Shown here: one piece after another, positions 47,763 through 61,000 of the stretch
Layout: the number at the start of each line of letters is the position of its first letter
Position numbering within the stretch: position 1 is the first letter of the stretch
Assembly: GCA_977017645.1 (NCBI GenBank)
Contig: OZ360221.1
Location: forward strand, 94,302,001-94,366,000
Source of the DNA: Torpedo marmorata
Lineage: Eukaryota
Length of the DNA: 64,000 bases
Reading direction: 5' to 3'
Position numbers and translations under genes: made by a program
The notes under the pieces: generated by a model
Database searches by the model: none
What the model was told of the DNA's origin: nothing
Seen by the model: only the letters and a program-made list of their open reading frames with translations

Positions 47763-50700
47763 CTTTTTTTTTTGAATATTTTATTTTTAATTTTTAATTT
47801 TTACACAGTAATGCAAACATGAACAATATAGATTATTAACTTCAAAAATAAATCTTTTATAATATTGCATTACAGTGTATTCTACCCCTTCCCTTATTCC
47901 ACCAAACCCTTGTTAACATTTTTCAAAAGTTCAAATTTAAATTTTTATTAATGTTTCTAATCCCACCCTCTACCCATTCCCTCCCCTTAAATTGCCTCCC
48001 CTTCCTAAAAACTAAAAAAAGAAAGAAGGAAAAAGAAAGTAATATAATATTACTTATAAAATACATCTATATGGATCACCCGGGCATTCACAGTTCGACG
48101 CAAGGTTTTCAACAGTATTTTTATTATTTAAGTTTGAGAGAGTCAGTAAGATCTAGGATATGGAATAACACATTTACATATTTATACCTAATGTCTGGAT
48201 ATATGGACGCCAAATTTGCAAAAATACCCCATATTTATTTTTCATTTATATGTTATTTTTTCCAATGGAATACAACTCTGCATCTCTGTATTCCACCTTT
48301 CCATACCTAAACCTGCATCTGATTTCCAAGTCACTGCCACACACCTCCTCACTACCGCCAAAGCAATTCTAACAACTTTCAACTAACATATTGATAACCT
48401 CAATTTTGGTCTAGTTCCTTCAACACTCCCCAACAAAAATAAATCAGGGTTTTGTGGGAGTGCAACACCCACAATCCGCTTCAACGAATTCCCTAATTCC
48501 ACCCAGAAGGGCCCCACCCCGGAGCACAACCAAGCCGAATGCAAAAAAGTTTCCACCTCTTCACCACATCCAAAACACCTATTTGATAATGCAGATTTAT
48601 TTTATTCAACCTCTATGGCGCAAGACATAATTGGTGTAAAAAATTGTACTGTACTAATCTATATTCTTACATTAATAGCATTGGTCATGCCATCCCGACA
48701 CAAATCCGACCATCTTCCTTTGTCAATTGTCACATTAAGATCTTGTTCCCATCTCTGTCCAGATTCATGAAGTCCCTGTTTAAGGGCTCCTCCTTGCAAC
48801 AAGGAGTATACTATAGAAGTAAATTTTCCAGTATTTCTCTTCCCAATAAGAGTCTCCACCTCACAACAACCCTGCAACAGCATATCTGAACCTAGTCTTT
48901 CCCTCAAATATCCTCTCAATTGAAAATAACAAAAAAGAGTACTATTCGGCACTCCATATTCACTTCGCAACTGTACAAATGACATCAACTGACCTCCTTC
49001 ACAACAATCTTCCATCTTCTCAATTCCCCTCTGCAACCATATATTCAAAAATTGATTATCTCCTGTAAAAAGTACAAGATTGTTCTGCATCAATGGCGCT
49101 CCAGGTGATATAGTCCCATCACCAATCCTGTTCCAGGCATTAATCAAGTGTTTTAATAATGGTGCTTCCCCAACTCCTACCAATAATTTTGAGTTCCATT
49201 TATATACAAATTCCCCTGCTACTCTCTCTCCCATCCTTCCCAACTCCATTTCAACCCATGCAGGTTTCTCCTCACCCCCAAAAAAAGAAGTAATAAATCT
49301 CATTTGTGCCGCTCGGTAACAATTTTTAAAGTTAGGGAGTTGTAAACCTCCCAACTCATATTTCCATGTTAAACATTCTATAGAAACTCTTGACATTTTA
49401 CCTCTCCAAAGGAATTTTCTCACTTGTTTATTTAACTCTTGAAAAAACCCCTGTGGTAATAAAATAGGTATGGTTTGAAATATATTCATTTTAATACAAT
49501 TAACACTTCCTATCAATGTTATAGGTAAATTCATCAATTTTTCCAAATCTTCTTTAACCTTTTTAAGTAATGGTAAATAATTCCATTTATATAGATTTTT
49601 AAAATTATTATCTGTTCGAATTCCTAAATATTTTATCCCATTATGCGGCCATTTAAACTGAGTATTTCTTTCACATATAGTATAGTCTCCTTCGGTAAGA
49701 GGCATAATTTCACTTTTGTCCCAATTTATCTTATAACCTGAGATTTTTCCATATTCTTCCAATCTAAAATGTAATCTTTGTAAAGAGGTCTCAGGCTCTG
49801 TCAAATATATAAAAACATCATCCGCAAATAGACTAATTTTATGTTGTTCTTGGCCAAATCTAAATCCCTTAATTTCCGAGTCACTTCTAATTGCCTCTGC
49901 AAGTGGTTCTATAGCTAGTATAAATAAAGCTGGTGATAATGGGCATCCTTGTCTACAAGACCTTGTCAAACAGAATGGAGTTGACATTTGTCCATTAGTC
50001 ACTACTTTATCTTTTGGAGCATTATATAATGCTTTAATCCAGTTTATATAAGTCTGTCCAAATCCAAATTTCTCCAGTACTTTAAACAAAAAATCCCATT
50101 CCAATCTATCAAATGCTTTTTCTGCATCTAATGCCACCGCAACACTTAGTACTTTTCTTTTTTGAGCTAAATGAATAATACTAAGTAATCTTGCTACATA
50201 GTCAGCTGCTTGTCTTTTTTTTAATAAAACCTGTCTGATCCATGTTTACTAATTTAGGTAACAATTTAGTTATCCTATTAGCCAAAATTTTAGCTACAAT
50301 TTTATAGTCTGCATTTAATAATGAAATTGGTCTATAAAACGAAGGTTTCAATGGATCTCTATCTTTCTTTGGTATTACTGTAATTATTGCTGTTGAGAAA
50401 GATTCCGGGAGTGTAGGAGTTACTGATGCCTGTTGTAACATATCCATAAAGACAGTAATTAATAGTTCTTTAAACTCTTTATAAAACTCTGGTGGAAAAC
50501 CATCTTCTCCCGTTGCTTTATTGCTTTGTAATGAGCTCATTGCGACTTTCACTTCTTTCTGTGTAAACTGGGTACTCAATTCTAGCTGCTCTTGCATATT
50601 TAATCTTGGTAAATTTATCTGTGATAAATATCCATCAATTTTGCTATCATCTTGCAAAGACTCCCTTTTGTATAATTTAGAATAAAACATTTTGAAAGAG

Positions 50701-51040
50701 TCATTTATTTTTTGGGGTTTATAACTAATAACATTAGATTCACTTTTAATTGCATTAATTGTTCTTGACGCCTGTTCTATTTTTAATTGCCATGCTAGTA
50801 CTTTATGTGATCGTTCACCTAATTCATAATATCTCTGCTTAGTTCTTATAATAGTCTTCTCCGTTCTATAAGTCTGTAATACATTATATTGAATTTTTTT
50901 ATTAGTTAGTTGTCTACGCTTATCTTCAGAGCTTCTCTTTTGTAAATCCTTTTCTTTTTTTAAAAAAATACTTTATTTAACATTTTTGAATCACAAAATA
51001 AATAAAATAAAATATAAAATTATCAAAATACATGTGATAC

Positions 51041-52717
51041 CGCAGAAATGCACCTCTCCCAGCAGATTAAGTCAAGAAGCCCTTTTAATCAACTCTAAAA
51101 GTTTTTAGAATACTTTGAAAAGTATTAACAACTAAATACAATGGCTACTAGAAAAAAAACGAAGGAACAAAAGCCTAAGAAACCTTTGAAATCTGTAAAA
51201 CAACTATCCTTAGTACAAGAAGAAAAGAGGCCTACCTTTGCTTTGGATCCGGGGACTGTCCTAACGATGGAGCGCAAGGCTCAACGGAGAGCGCGAGTAA
51301 GTGAGTCGGGAGTGCCGACGCTAACTCCGCAGGGAGCTGCGGAAGATGGCGCCGGCACCCGACATCGAACTACAAAAGGAAGTCGGGAGTCACCGCGCAT
51401 GCGCGAACCGTCGGGAGCTGAAGAGCTGCAAAGGCAAGCAGCTAGATTGGAGATGACGTCAGCTAGGGCTTCCCAGACTATACTACAGCCTGGGGAGCCA
51501 GAAAGATCGTCAGACTCAGAAGATGAGAAGGATATTCAACAGCTGGAAGGGGACAGTGAAGAATATGATACACAGTCAGAAGACACAGAAGATTTCAAGA
51601 AAGAAATAGGGTTAGTAAAGGAAAACCAACAAAATATTTTACAAGCCATTGTAAATTTAGAGAAAAGTTTGCAAAGAGAATTTAAATTAACTATTACTCA
51701 GCTTGAAAAAAAAATGCAGCATGAATTTAAAGAGATAAAACAAGATATGATGCAAATGGATGTTAGAGTCCAAAAGATAGAAGATGAAGTTAAAAATAAT
51801 TCTGATGAAATTGAAGACTGTAAAGAAAGAGTGGGAAAAATGGATGATACTTTCATTGGATGGAAAAAACAACGTGAACAATTAATACAGAAGATTGATC
51901 AGATGGAAAATCAGAGTCGGAGAAACAATGTTAAAATATTGGGACTGCCGGAAGGAACTGAATCACAAGATATAACTCAATTTTTTCAGAATTGGTTGGT
52001 GCAGATATTTGACCTTGACCACCCAATGGAATTGGAAAGAGCACACAGGATTGGAAGGAGAAATCAGGGTGATCGGAGACGACGTCCAGTTTTGATGAAG
52101 TGTCTCAGATATCAAGATAGAGAAAAAAATTTTAAAATGGCAATTCAAAAAGCATGAGAAAATAAGGGTCCGATGGTGATAGAAAGAAGTAGAGTTCTCT
52201 TCTATCCTGACCTAAGTCCAATGGTGGTCAGGCAATGTAAAGAATTTAATCCTGCAAAGGCTGTATTGTGGGAAAAAGGATATAAATTTTCGTTTAAGTA
52301 TCCAGCAATTTTGAGGATTCAAGATAATGGTGAGAAGTTTTTGTTATTCACGAATCCTGATCAGGCTCTTTCTCATGCAAATGGTCTTCTGCATCGGGCA
52401 AGAAGTTTCCAGGATTCTGCTGAGCAACAAGATCGGAATAATCAAGCAAGACATGGAGACGGGTCGCCTGGCACGTCAAGAGAAAATATCTTAACTCAAG
52501 CTGAAGAAGAACCGGAAGATTCAGTTATGCGAGGAGTTGACTGAATTATATGTTGGACAAATATATATCTGTTGGGGGGAGGTGGTTTGTGGATACTTCT
52601 TCCGAAACAATCACCACCTTAGCAGCGAGAGCTGCTTCTCGAACAACGGAGGGGGGTAGCACTGGGAGTAGAAGACCAGTGTTTTTTATTGGGGAGAAAA
52701 AATAAAAAATAAAAATA
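51041..52717 (+). mobile_element. ORF1-only L1 retrocopy (HAL1-like)
   Basis: 16-bp TSD AAAATACATGTGATAC (51025-51040, 52718-52733); 5' UTR, ORF1, part of the spacer, (AAAAAT)n tail; no ORF2. Confidence 0.9.
51141..52544 (+). pseudogene. L1 ORF1p (coiled coil, RRM, CTD), 467 codons with one in-frame TGA at 52155
   Basis: ENQSRRNNVKILGLPEG, ERAHR, FYPDLS, KYPAIL; ORFs 51141-52157 and 52173-52544 share one frame. Confidence 0.9.
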
Positions 52718-55700
52718 AAAATACATGTGATACATTTTCACCCCCCCTCCCTCCCTCCCCTGCCTAACCCTCCCACCCCTACTAATCTACTAAAATAAAA
52801 AAGAAAAGAAAGAAAGAAAGAAAAAGATAAAGTAAGGAGAATGTCAATCTAAAAAAAAACAACTATAAACTAATTTTATTGTGGAACACAGGTTCGCCAG
52901 TCAGAGATCTTCAAATCCTTAAACCAACAGTTTTTATATATGGGCTCCATATTTTCAAAAAGAAATGATATTTATTACGTAAATTATAAGTAATTTTTTC
53001 AAGTGGTAAACATGAATGAAGTTCTGCATGCCATTTTTCTAACCCTAAATCTACGTCAGATTTCCAAGTAATAGCAATGCATTTCTTAGAAACAGCTAAA
53101 GCAATTCGCAAAAATTCTATTTTGATACATATTTAATTTCATCTTAATACTAATTCTTTTAATATCTCCAAACAAAAATATCATAGGGTCCATTGGAAGT
53201 GTAATACTCAATATTGTATCTAAAAATATTTTAACTTTCAACCAAAAATCATATATCTTTGGACAAAACCATGTAAAATGTACAAAAGAACCTTCCTCTC
53301 TATTACATCTAAAACATAAACCTGATAATGTCGAATTAAATTTCTTTAATTTTTTAGTCGTTAAATATAATTGATGAAAGAAATTATATTGGACTAATCT
53401 ATATCTAACATTAATAATCTTCATCATACTTAGTTTACATAATTCTTTCCAATGTTCCTCATCTATTATTACATTCAAATCTGATTCCCATTTTAATCTT
53501 GATTTGTGAATTCCTAATTTAGGCATTTTTCTCTGTAACAATCTATACATTTGAGAAATAAATTTATTTACACCTCCATTAGTAACTAATAATTCCAGTT
53601 CACTCTGTCTTGGTAAAGTCAAACTAAAACCCAACTTCCCAACTAAAAATGCTCTAATTTGATAATAAGCAAAAAGTGTATTGTTCATTACATTAAACTG
53701 ATCTTTCATTCTTTGAAAAGTAATAAATTTACTGGCTTCAAAACAATCATTTATTTCCTTAATTCTCTTTTGGAACCAAATTTTAAATAATTGATTATCA
53801 ACAGTAAATGGAATAAGTTTATTTTGATATAAAGGCATTTTTCGAGAAATCGACCCTTTCCCTCCTATCTCCCTATCCACTCTATTCCATATTTCTAACA
53901 CATGTTTAAAAATAGGAGAATTCTTCCCTCTTGTTAATAATAATTTAGAATTCCATTTATAAATAACTTCTTCTTTCAAATCTTCTCCTATATTATTTAG
54001 TTCTATTCTAATCCAAGCAGAAGACTTACCTAAATCAAACATTTCATTAACAAATTTTAATTGAGCTGCTTTATAATAATTTTGAAAATTAGGAAGTTGT
54101 AAACCACCCATTTCATAATTCCAAGTTAACTTCTCCATACCTACTCTAGCCAACTTTCCTTTCCACAAAAACTTCCTAATAATTAAATTTAAATCCTTAA
54201 AGAATTTCGAAGGGATTTCATAAGGAATTGATTGAAAAAGATGTTGAATTCTTGGAAAGACATTCATTTTAATACTATTTACCCTTCCTATTAAAGTTAT
54301 AGGTAAATCCTTCCAACTTTAAATCTTTTTTAATTTTCATAAATAATGGTAAATAATTTAATTTATATAAATTATCTAATTTTGTATCAATCTTTATTCC
54401 CACATTAATTAAACTAATTAATCTCACTATATTATCTTTTGAATATTTATTCTTAAAAAACCAGCTTGATCTACATGGATTAAATCCTGTAAATAATTAG
54501 CCACTCTATTTGAAATTTTTTTGCCATTATCTTATAATCCACATTTAACAATGAAATTGGTCTATATGATTCTGTTTTAAACACATCTCTATCTTTTTTA
54601 GGTATAACTGTAATTATTGCATTTGAAAATGTTTCCGGTATGAATGAGTTTCCGTTATTTGTTTCAACACATCCATATATGGAGGTATCAATAAATCTTT
54701 AAACTCCTTATAAAATTCTGATGGGAAACCATCCTCCCCTGGAGATTTACCACTCGTTAAAGAACTAAGAACATTATTAACTTCCCTCATTGAAAAAGAC
54801 AAATCTAAATGTTCTTTATTTAATCTAGGTAACTTAATTTTAGATAGGAATTCATTAATTTTAGAATCATCATTATCAATTTGAGATTTATATAAGTTCA
54901 AATAAAAATCCTTAAAAGAATCATTTATTTCTCGAGGTTTATATGTTATTTTCTTAGAATTCTTTTTTATAGCATTTATAGTTCTGGTTTGATCTGTCTT
55001 TAATTGCCACGCCAACACTTTATGTGCTCTTTCTCCCAATTCATAATATCTTTGCTTAGTTCTTACAATTAATTTTTTCCATTTTATATGTTTGTAACAT
55101 ATTATAATGCAATTTTTTCCCAATTAAATTTTTCCTCTTTTCTTCTGATCTCTATTTTTGCAAGACCTTCTCCAAGAATTCAATCTCCCTCTCCAAATTA
55201 TCCACCTCCCAAACATATTCCTTCTTAACTTTTGCTGAATAACTTATTATTTGGCCTCTTAAATAAGCCTTTATAGCTTCCCAAATAATAAATTTATTAT
55301 CAATCGAATTAGAATTAATCTGTAAAATTTCTTGAATTTCTCTTATTATATAATTACAAAAATCCATTATTTTTAATAAAGAGGAATTAAATCTCCACCT
55401 ATATATAGTTTTTTTCTTTTTTCTGGAATTATACAAGACATTAATAAAGGCGAATGATCAGAAATTATTCTTTGCTTTATACTGTGCTTGTATTACCCTA
55501 TCTTGTACTTGTGAGGACAATAAAAACATATCTATCCTAGAATATGAACCTTGTCTAAAAGAATAAAAAGAATAATCTTTTTCTCTTGGATTCAACTTTC
55601 TCCAAATATCTATTAAATTTAAATCTTTCATCAAAGTAAGAATTCTTTTAGCAATTTTAGTTTTAACAACTGATTTCGATGTTTTATCCATTATCGGATC

Positions 55701-58010
55701 TAAACAACAATTAAAATTCCCACCAATTAAAATATTGTCATTAGCTTCTGACAAATGCATAAAAGAATCTTGAATAAATTGTTCATCTTCCATATTTGGT
55801 ACATATATATTCATAAGTGTCCACATTTCTGAATATATCTGACAATGTATTAAAACATATCTACCTACCACATCTATAACCACAGATTGTATATTAAAAG
55901 GTAACTTTTTATTAACTAATATAGCAACTCCTCTTGCTTTAGAATTAAATGAAGATGCAACCACTTGACCAACCCATTCTCTCTTCAACTTCTGATGTTC
56001 GAGATGTGTCAAATGTGTCTCTTGTAAAAAAGCTATATTCTACATTTAACTTTTTAATATACGCTGAAGTTTTCTTCCTTTTAATCGGGTTATTTAGCCC
56101 ATTTATATTAATACTTACTACATTTATCGATTTACTATCCATCATTACTAATTCTTAATAACTCTCTCTCCATCAGATCCACCAGCACCCTCCTCCACAT
56201 TCGTAATCTATTTGACATCTCCTTAAAAAGAGAAAGAAATAAAAAGAAAATAAAAAAGAAACAAAACTCCACTGTATACAATACTGGCAAAATTACCCCA
56301 GTATTATCCCCTCCATTACTCGAGAAGTGGCCCTCGCCAATAAAGTGGATTGCGGCTAGGAAGGAGAAAACAAAAAGTCCACTCCCCCCAACAGATTTTA
56401 CACAACATTTATTATCATATCTTCATTTAGCTTCTTCAAGGTCCTTATGAACTTGGTCGTCATCAATCTCGATCTCGGCCTCATCCTCTTTTTCTAAAGG
56501 ACTTGACAAAGAAACTTGCGACGGTGAAATATCTTGAACTTGATGATGTTCCATCAAATCTTGATCTTTCTTCAAATACGTAAGAGAATTTGCATGTTGG
56601 AGAGCTTGTAGACAATCCATAAAAAAACAAGATTGATTTCCTGTAGACTGAACCTTCAAAACCGCAGGATATCTAAACGAAAACTTATATCCCTTATTCC
56701 AAAAAATCGCTTTTGCTGGATTAAATTCCTTTCGTTTTTTAACTATAACTGAACTCAAATCAGGATAAAAGAAAACTCTATTCTTCTGAACCATCAATGG
56801 ACCATTCTGTGACTTAGCGTTTTGAATAGCTAATTTCAATTCCTTCTCTTTATCCGGATATCGAAGACATTTAACTAAAACTGAACGTGGTCTTTGACCA
56901 ACATACGGTTTCCCCCTACCAACTCTATGTGCTCTCTCTAACTCCAGTCCATACTGAAAATTATCAATACCCAGAGCATCTGGAATCCATTTTTGAAAGA
57001 ATTCAGTTGTATCAAACCCTTCGAAATTTTCAGGTAATCCCACAATTTTAATATTGTTCCTCCGACTCTGATTGTCCAATACATCCAGCTTTTGTAAAAG
57101 TTCATTTCTTTGCTGCTCCCAACCTGTAAATGAATCTTCTACTTTATCAACTCTATCTTTATAATCCACCATTTCTTCATAATGTTCTTTACCTCTTTTT
57201 CAATTTCACAAAATATCTGAATTTGCATCCTTATAAAGTCACAAAAGCCTATTCTTTTTAATAACAATGGATTCAATCTCCATCTATATATCGATTTTTC
57301 TTTATCAGGTACGGCAATTGTCATTAATAAAGTTGAATGGTCAGACAAAATCCTTGCTTTATATTCTGCTTCTAATATTCTATCTTGCAATTGTGCTGAA
57401 ACGAAAAATAAATCAATTCTAGAATAAGAATCATGTCTACTCGAATAAATTGAATAATCTACTTCGCAGGGATGGATTCTTCTCCAGGCATCTATTAAAT
57501 TTAATCTTTCATTAGTACCAGCGGAGCTTTTGCTGCCTTGGTTCTCTTCACTCCTCTTGTAGATCTATCTAAGACTGGATCTAAACAAAAGTTGAAGTCT
57601 CCTCCTATTATAATATTTTCATGAGCCTCTGTTATATTAAGAAAGGTTTCTTGAATAAACTTGTCATCATCCACATTAGGAGCATATATATTCAAAAGAG
57701 TCCAAAATTCCAAATATATCTCCCAAAAGGATCCATCACAACATTTTGAATTTTAATTGGGAGATTCTTTTTTATTAAGATTGCCACACCTCTTGCCTTA
57801 GAATTAAATGAAGAAGCCGCTACATATCCCACCCAGTCTCTTTTTAGTTTCAAATGATCTGTCTCTGTTAAGTGTGCCTCTTGTAAACAAGCCAAGTCTA
57901 TGCCCAATTTTTTAATGTATGTTAATACTCTCTTCCTCTTAATTGGTTCATCTATCCCATTAATATTAAAATTCATAAATTTTACTATGTTACTCATTTT
58001 AAATAGCTAT

Positions 58011-61000
58011 TGTAGCTGACTGCTACGAAGAAACACACACACGCAATGTGGAAGGTTAAGCTCTGCATTATTGAGGCTGGAAATACTTCTTTTATACAGT
58101 TGGAGTTCCCGCCGTTTGGTTGATTGGTTGACATCAGCCACATGAATAACAATAGTGGGCGGGAACATTCTTGCATATGAATACCCTTCTTCCCCAGCCT
58201 GGTATTGATCTGTTAGCTGGGCAGCTTGGCCAGCGCCATTTTAGGGCTGCTGGTCTTGTACTGCTCCAGCTTTCAACCGCGCCGGTTCGCTATGCTAAGG
58301 GTCGCGTTACAGTGTGTTATGCTGCTGTTTACTACCGCGCGTGCCGCGCGATATGCCGGCTCGATTTCCGCGGTGGCGGGCCGCCTCATGACCCCCCCCA
58401 GAACTGGCACTACAGTTCATAGTGTCCGTGGATGCAGTCCCCAATATCTTTGGTGGTCTGCCTCTGCGCCGAGGTGCTGGCGTCTCCACGGGTTGTGTCG
58501 GGTCCATGTGCGCCGGCTTGAGCCTGTCTGCGGTGAAGACCTCTGGTTTGCCACCGATTTCCAGTTCGAAGGTGGCCCCGTTGTTCCGGACGACTCGGAA
58601 GGGGCCTTCGTAGGGCTTCTGTAGCGGTGGACGGTGTGGCCCTCTGCGTACGAACACATACTCACAGTCTTGGAGTTCTTTAGGGATGTTGAACTTGGCT
58701 TGCCCGTGTCTGGAGGGTGGGAACGGAGCCAGGTTACCGACCTTTTCCCACAGCCTGTCCAGGAAGGTGGTTGTATCCTCCTGTTGACCTCTGGCCGGTG
58801 GGACGAAATCCCTGGGGACCATGAGTGGAGCTCCGTAGACGAGCTCGGCGGAGGATGTGTGGAGGTCTTCCTTCGGAGCTGTACGAATCCCCCGCACTGC
58901 CCATGGCAGTTCGTCAACCCAGTTGGGGCCCTTCAGTCTGATCATAACGGCGGCCTTGAGGTGCCTGTGGAAGCGCTCAACCAGCCCGTTAGACTGCGGG
59001 TGGTATGCTGTTGTGTGGTGTAGCTGAGCGCCCCACTGGTTGGCAACGTCGGTCCACAGGCTGGAGGTAAATTGTGCGCCTCTGTCGGAGGTTATGTGGT
59101 GTGGTAGCCTGAACCTTGCTACCCAGGACAAGACGAGTGCCTTGGCGCAGGACCTGGTGGATGTGTTGGCCAGGGGGATTGCTTCTGGCCACCGAGTGAA
59201 ACGGTCGACCACCGTGAACAGGTAGTGTAAACCCTATGAGACTGGTAAGGGTCCCATTATGTCCACGTGAATGTGGTCAAACCTTCGCTCCGTTGGCTCG
59301 AAAGGCTGCGGCGGGACCTTGGTGTGCCGCTGTACCTTGTCTGTTTGGCACTGTGTGCATGTCTTGGCCCACCCGCTGACTTGTTTCCGCAATCCATGCC
59401 ACGCGTACTTGCTGGCCACCACCGGACCATTGTCCTGATTGATGGATGTGCCAGCCCGTGGATGGAGTCGAAAACTCGTCGCCTCCATGCCGTTGGGACG
59501 ATAGGTCGAACCTGCCCAGTGGCCACGTCGCACAGGAGGGTAATGTTACCTGTGCTGACTGGGATGTCCTGAAGCTGCAGCCCCGTGACGGCGGTCCTGT
59601 ACTGAGGCATCTCGTCGTCCTGCTGCTGTGCCTCCGCCAGTGCCACGAAATCCAGTCTGTTAGCCAGAGAGTGGATCCTCTGTCTCGACAAGGCGTCCGC
59701 GACCACGTTGTCTTTTCCCGAGATGTGCCTTACATCGGTGGTGTACTCCGAGACGTAAGACAAGTGTCTCTGCTGGCGGGCTGACCAGGGATCGGAGATC
59801 TAGGCCAGGGCGAACGTCAGTGGCTTGTGGTCCATGAAAGCCATGAAAGCCCTTCCCTCTTGGAAGTACCGGAAGTGGCGGATGGCTAAGTATAGTGTCG
59901 AAAGTACTGTACTTTAGCTCAGGGGGCCGCAGAAGTTTGCTGAAGAAAGCTAGTGGACGTCATCTTCCTTCTATCTGCTGCTCCAGAACTCCACCAATTG
60001 CCGTTCCTGAGGCATCGACCGTGAGGGCTGTGGGTGCGTCTGACCTGGGGTGGGCCAGGAATGCGGCATTAGCCAGGGCTTCCTTCACTTCCAAGAACGT
60101 TCGACGGAGTCTTCATCCCAGGTGAAGAGTGGGTGAATGGTTCGAGCAGCTGCGGGGATGAATCTGAGATAAAAGTTGACCATCCCCACGAACTCCTGCA
60201 GTCCTTTGGTCGTACTGGGCTTCGGGAAGTTGCGGATAGCCTCCACCTTGCTGGGTAGTGGCGTGGCTCGGCATTTGGTAATCCTGTGGCCCAGGAAGTC
60301 AATCGTGCTCAGCCCGAACTGGCATTTAGCCAGGTTGATAGTAAGGCCGAACTCATGTAGGCGACTGTAGAGGCTTCGGAGGTGTTGTAGATGTTCCTGC
60401 CAGGTTCTGCTCGCCACCAGGATATCGTCTAAGTGGACGAAGGTGCCGGCCAGGTCTCGGTCCACCGCGTCCATCAGTCGCTGGAAGGTCTGTGCCGTGT
60501 TCCTGAGCCCGAATGGCATCCTCAGGAACTCGAACAGCCCGAATGGAGTGATGATGGCCGTCTTGGGGATGTCATCAGGGTGCACCGCGATTTAGTGGTA
60601 CCCTCGCACCGTCTACTTTGGAGAAGATCGTCACTCCGTGCAGGTTTGCCGCAAAGTCCTGGATATGCGGCACGGGGTAATGATCTGGAGTGGTGGCCTC
60701 TTTAAGCCGGCAGTAGTCGCCGCACGGTCTCCAGCCCCCAGATGCTTTGGGCACCATGTGCAGGGGAGAAGCCCATGGACTGTCTGACCGCTGAACGATG
60801 CCTAACTCCTCGAGCTTGCGGAACTCCTCCTTGGCCAGTTGAAGCTTCTCCTGGGGAAGTCGTCTCGCCCTTGCGTGGAGAGGTGGACCCTTGGTAAGGA
60901 TGTGATGCCTGACGCCGTGTCGGGGCACCTCCACCATGAACTGAGGGGAAAGGATTGCCGGGAACTCGGCCAGCGCTTTGAAGAACTCATCGTCCAAGCT

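Larger units (their letters stand above)
50956..57195 (-). mobile_element. Family A L1 (3' half of ORF1, spacer, ORF2 with internal RT deletion, 3' UTR) inserted in family C
   Basis: ORF1 NQSRRNNIKIVG..ERAHR..FYPDL (56423-57172); ORF2 pieces 56145 down to 52911; 3' end at 50956-51040. Confidence 0.92.

Noticed and set aside
57139-57390. ORF2-to-ORF1 fusion ORF
   Set aside because: Spans the insertion junction between family C ORF2 and family A ORF1
58171-58624. Duplicated ORFs in the Gypsy LTRs (also 62274-62622)
   Set aside because: Antisense reading of LTR sequence, duplicated only because LTRs are duplicated
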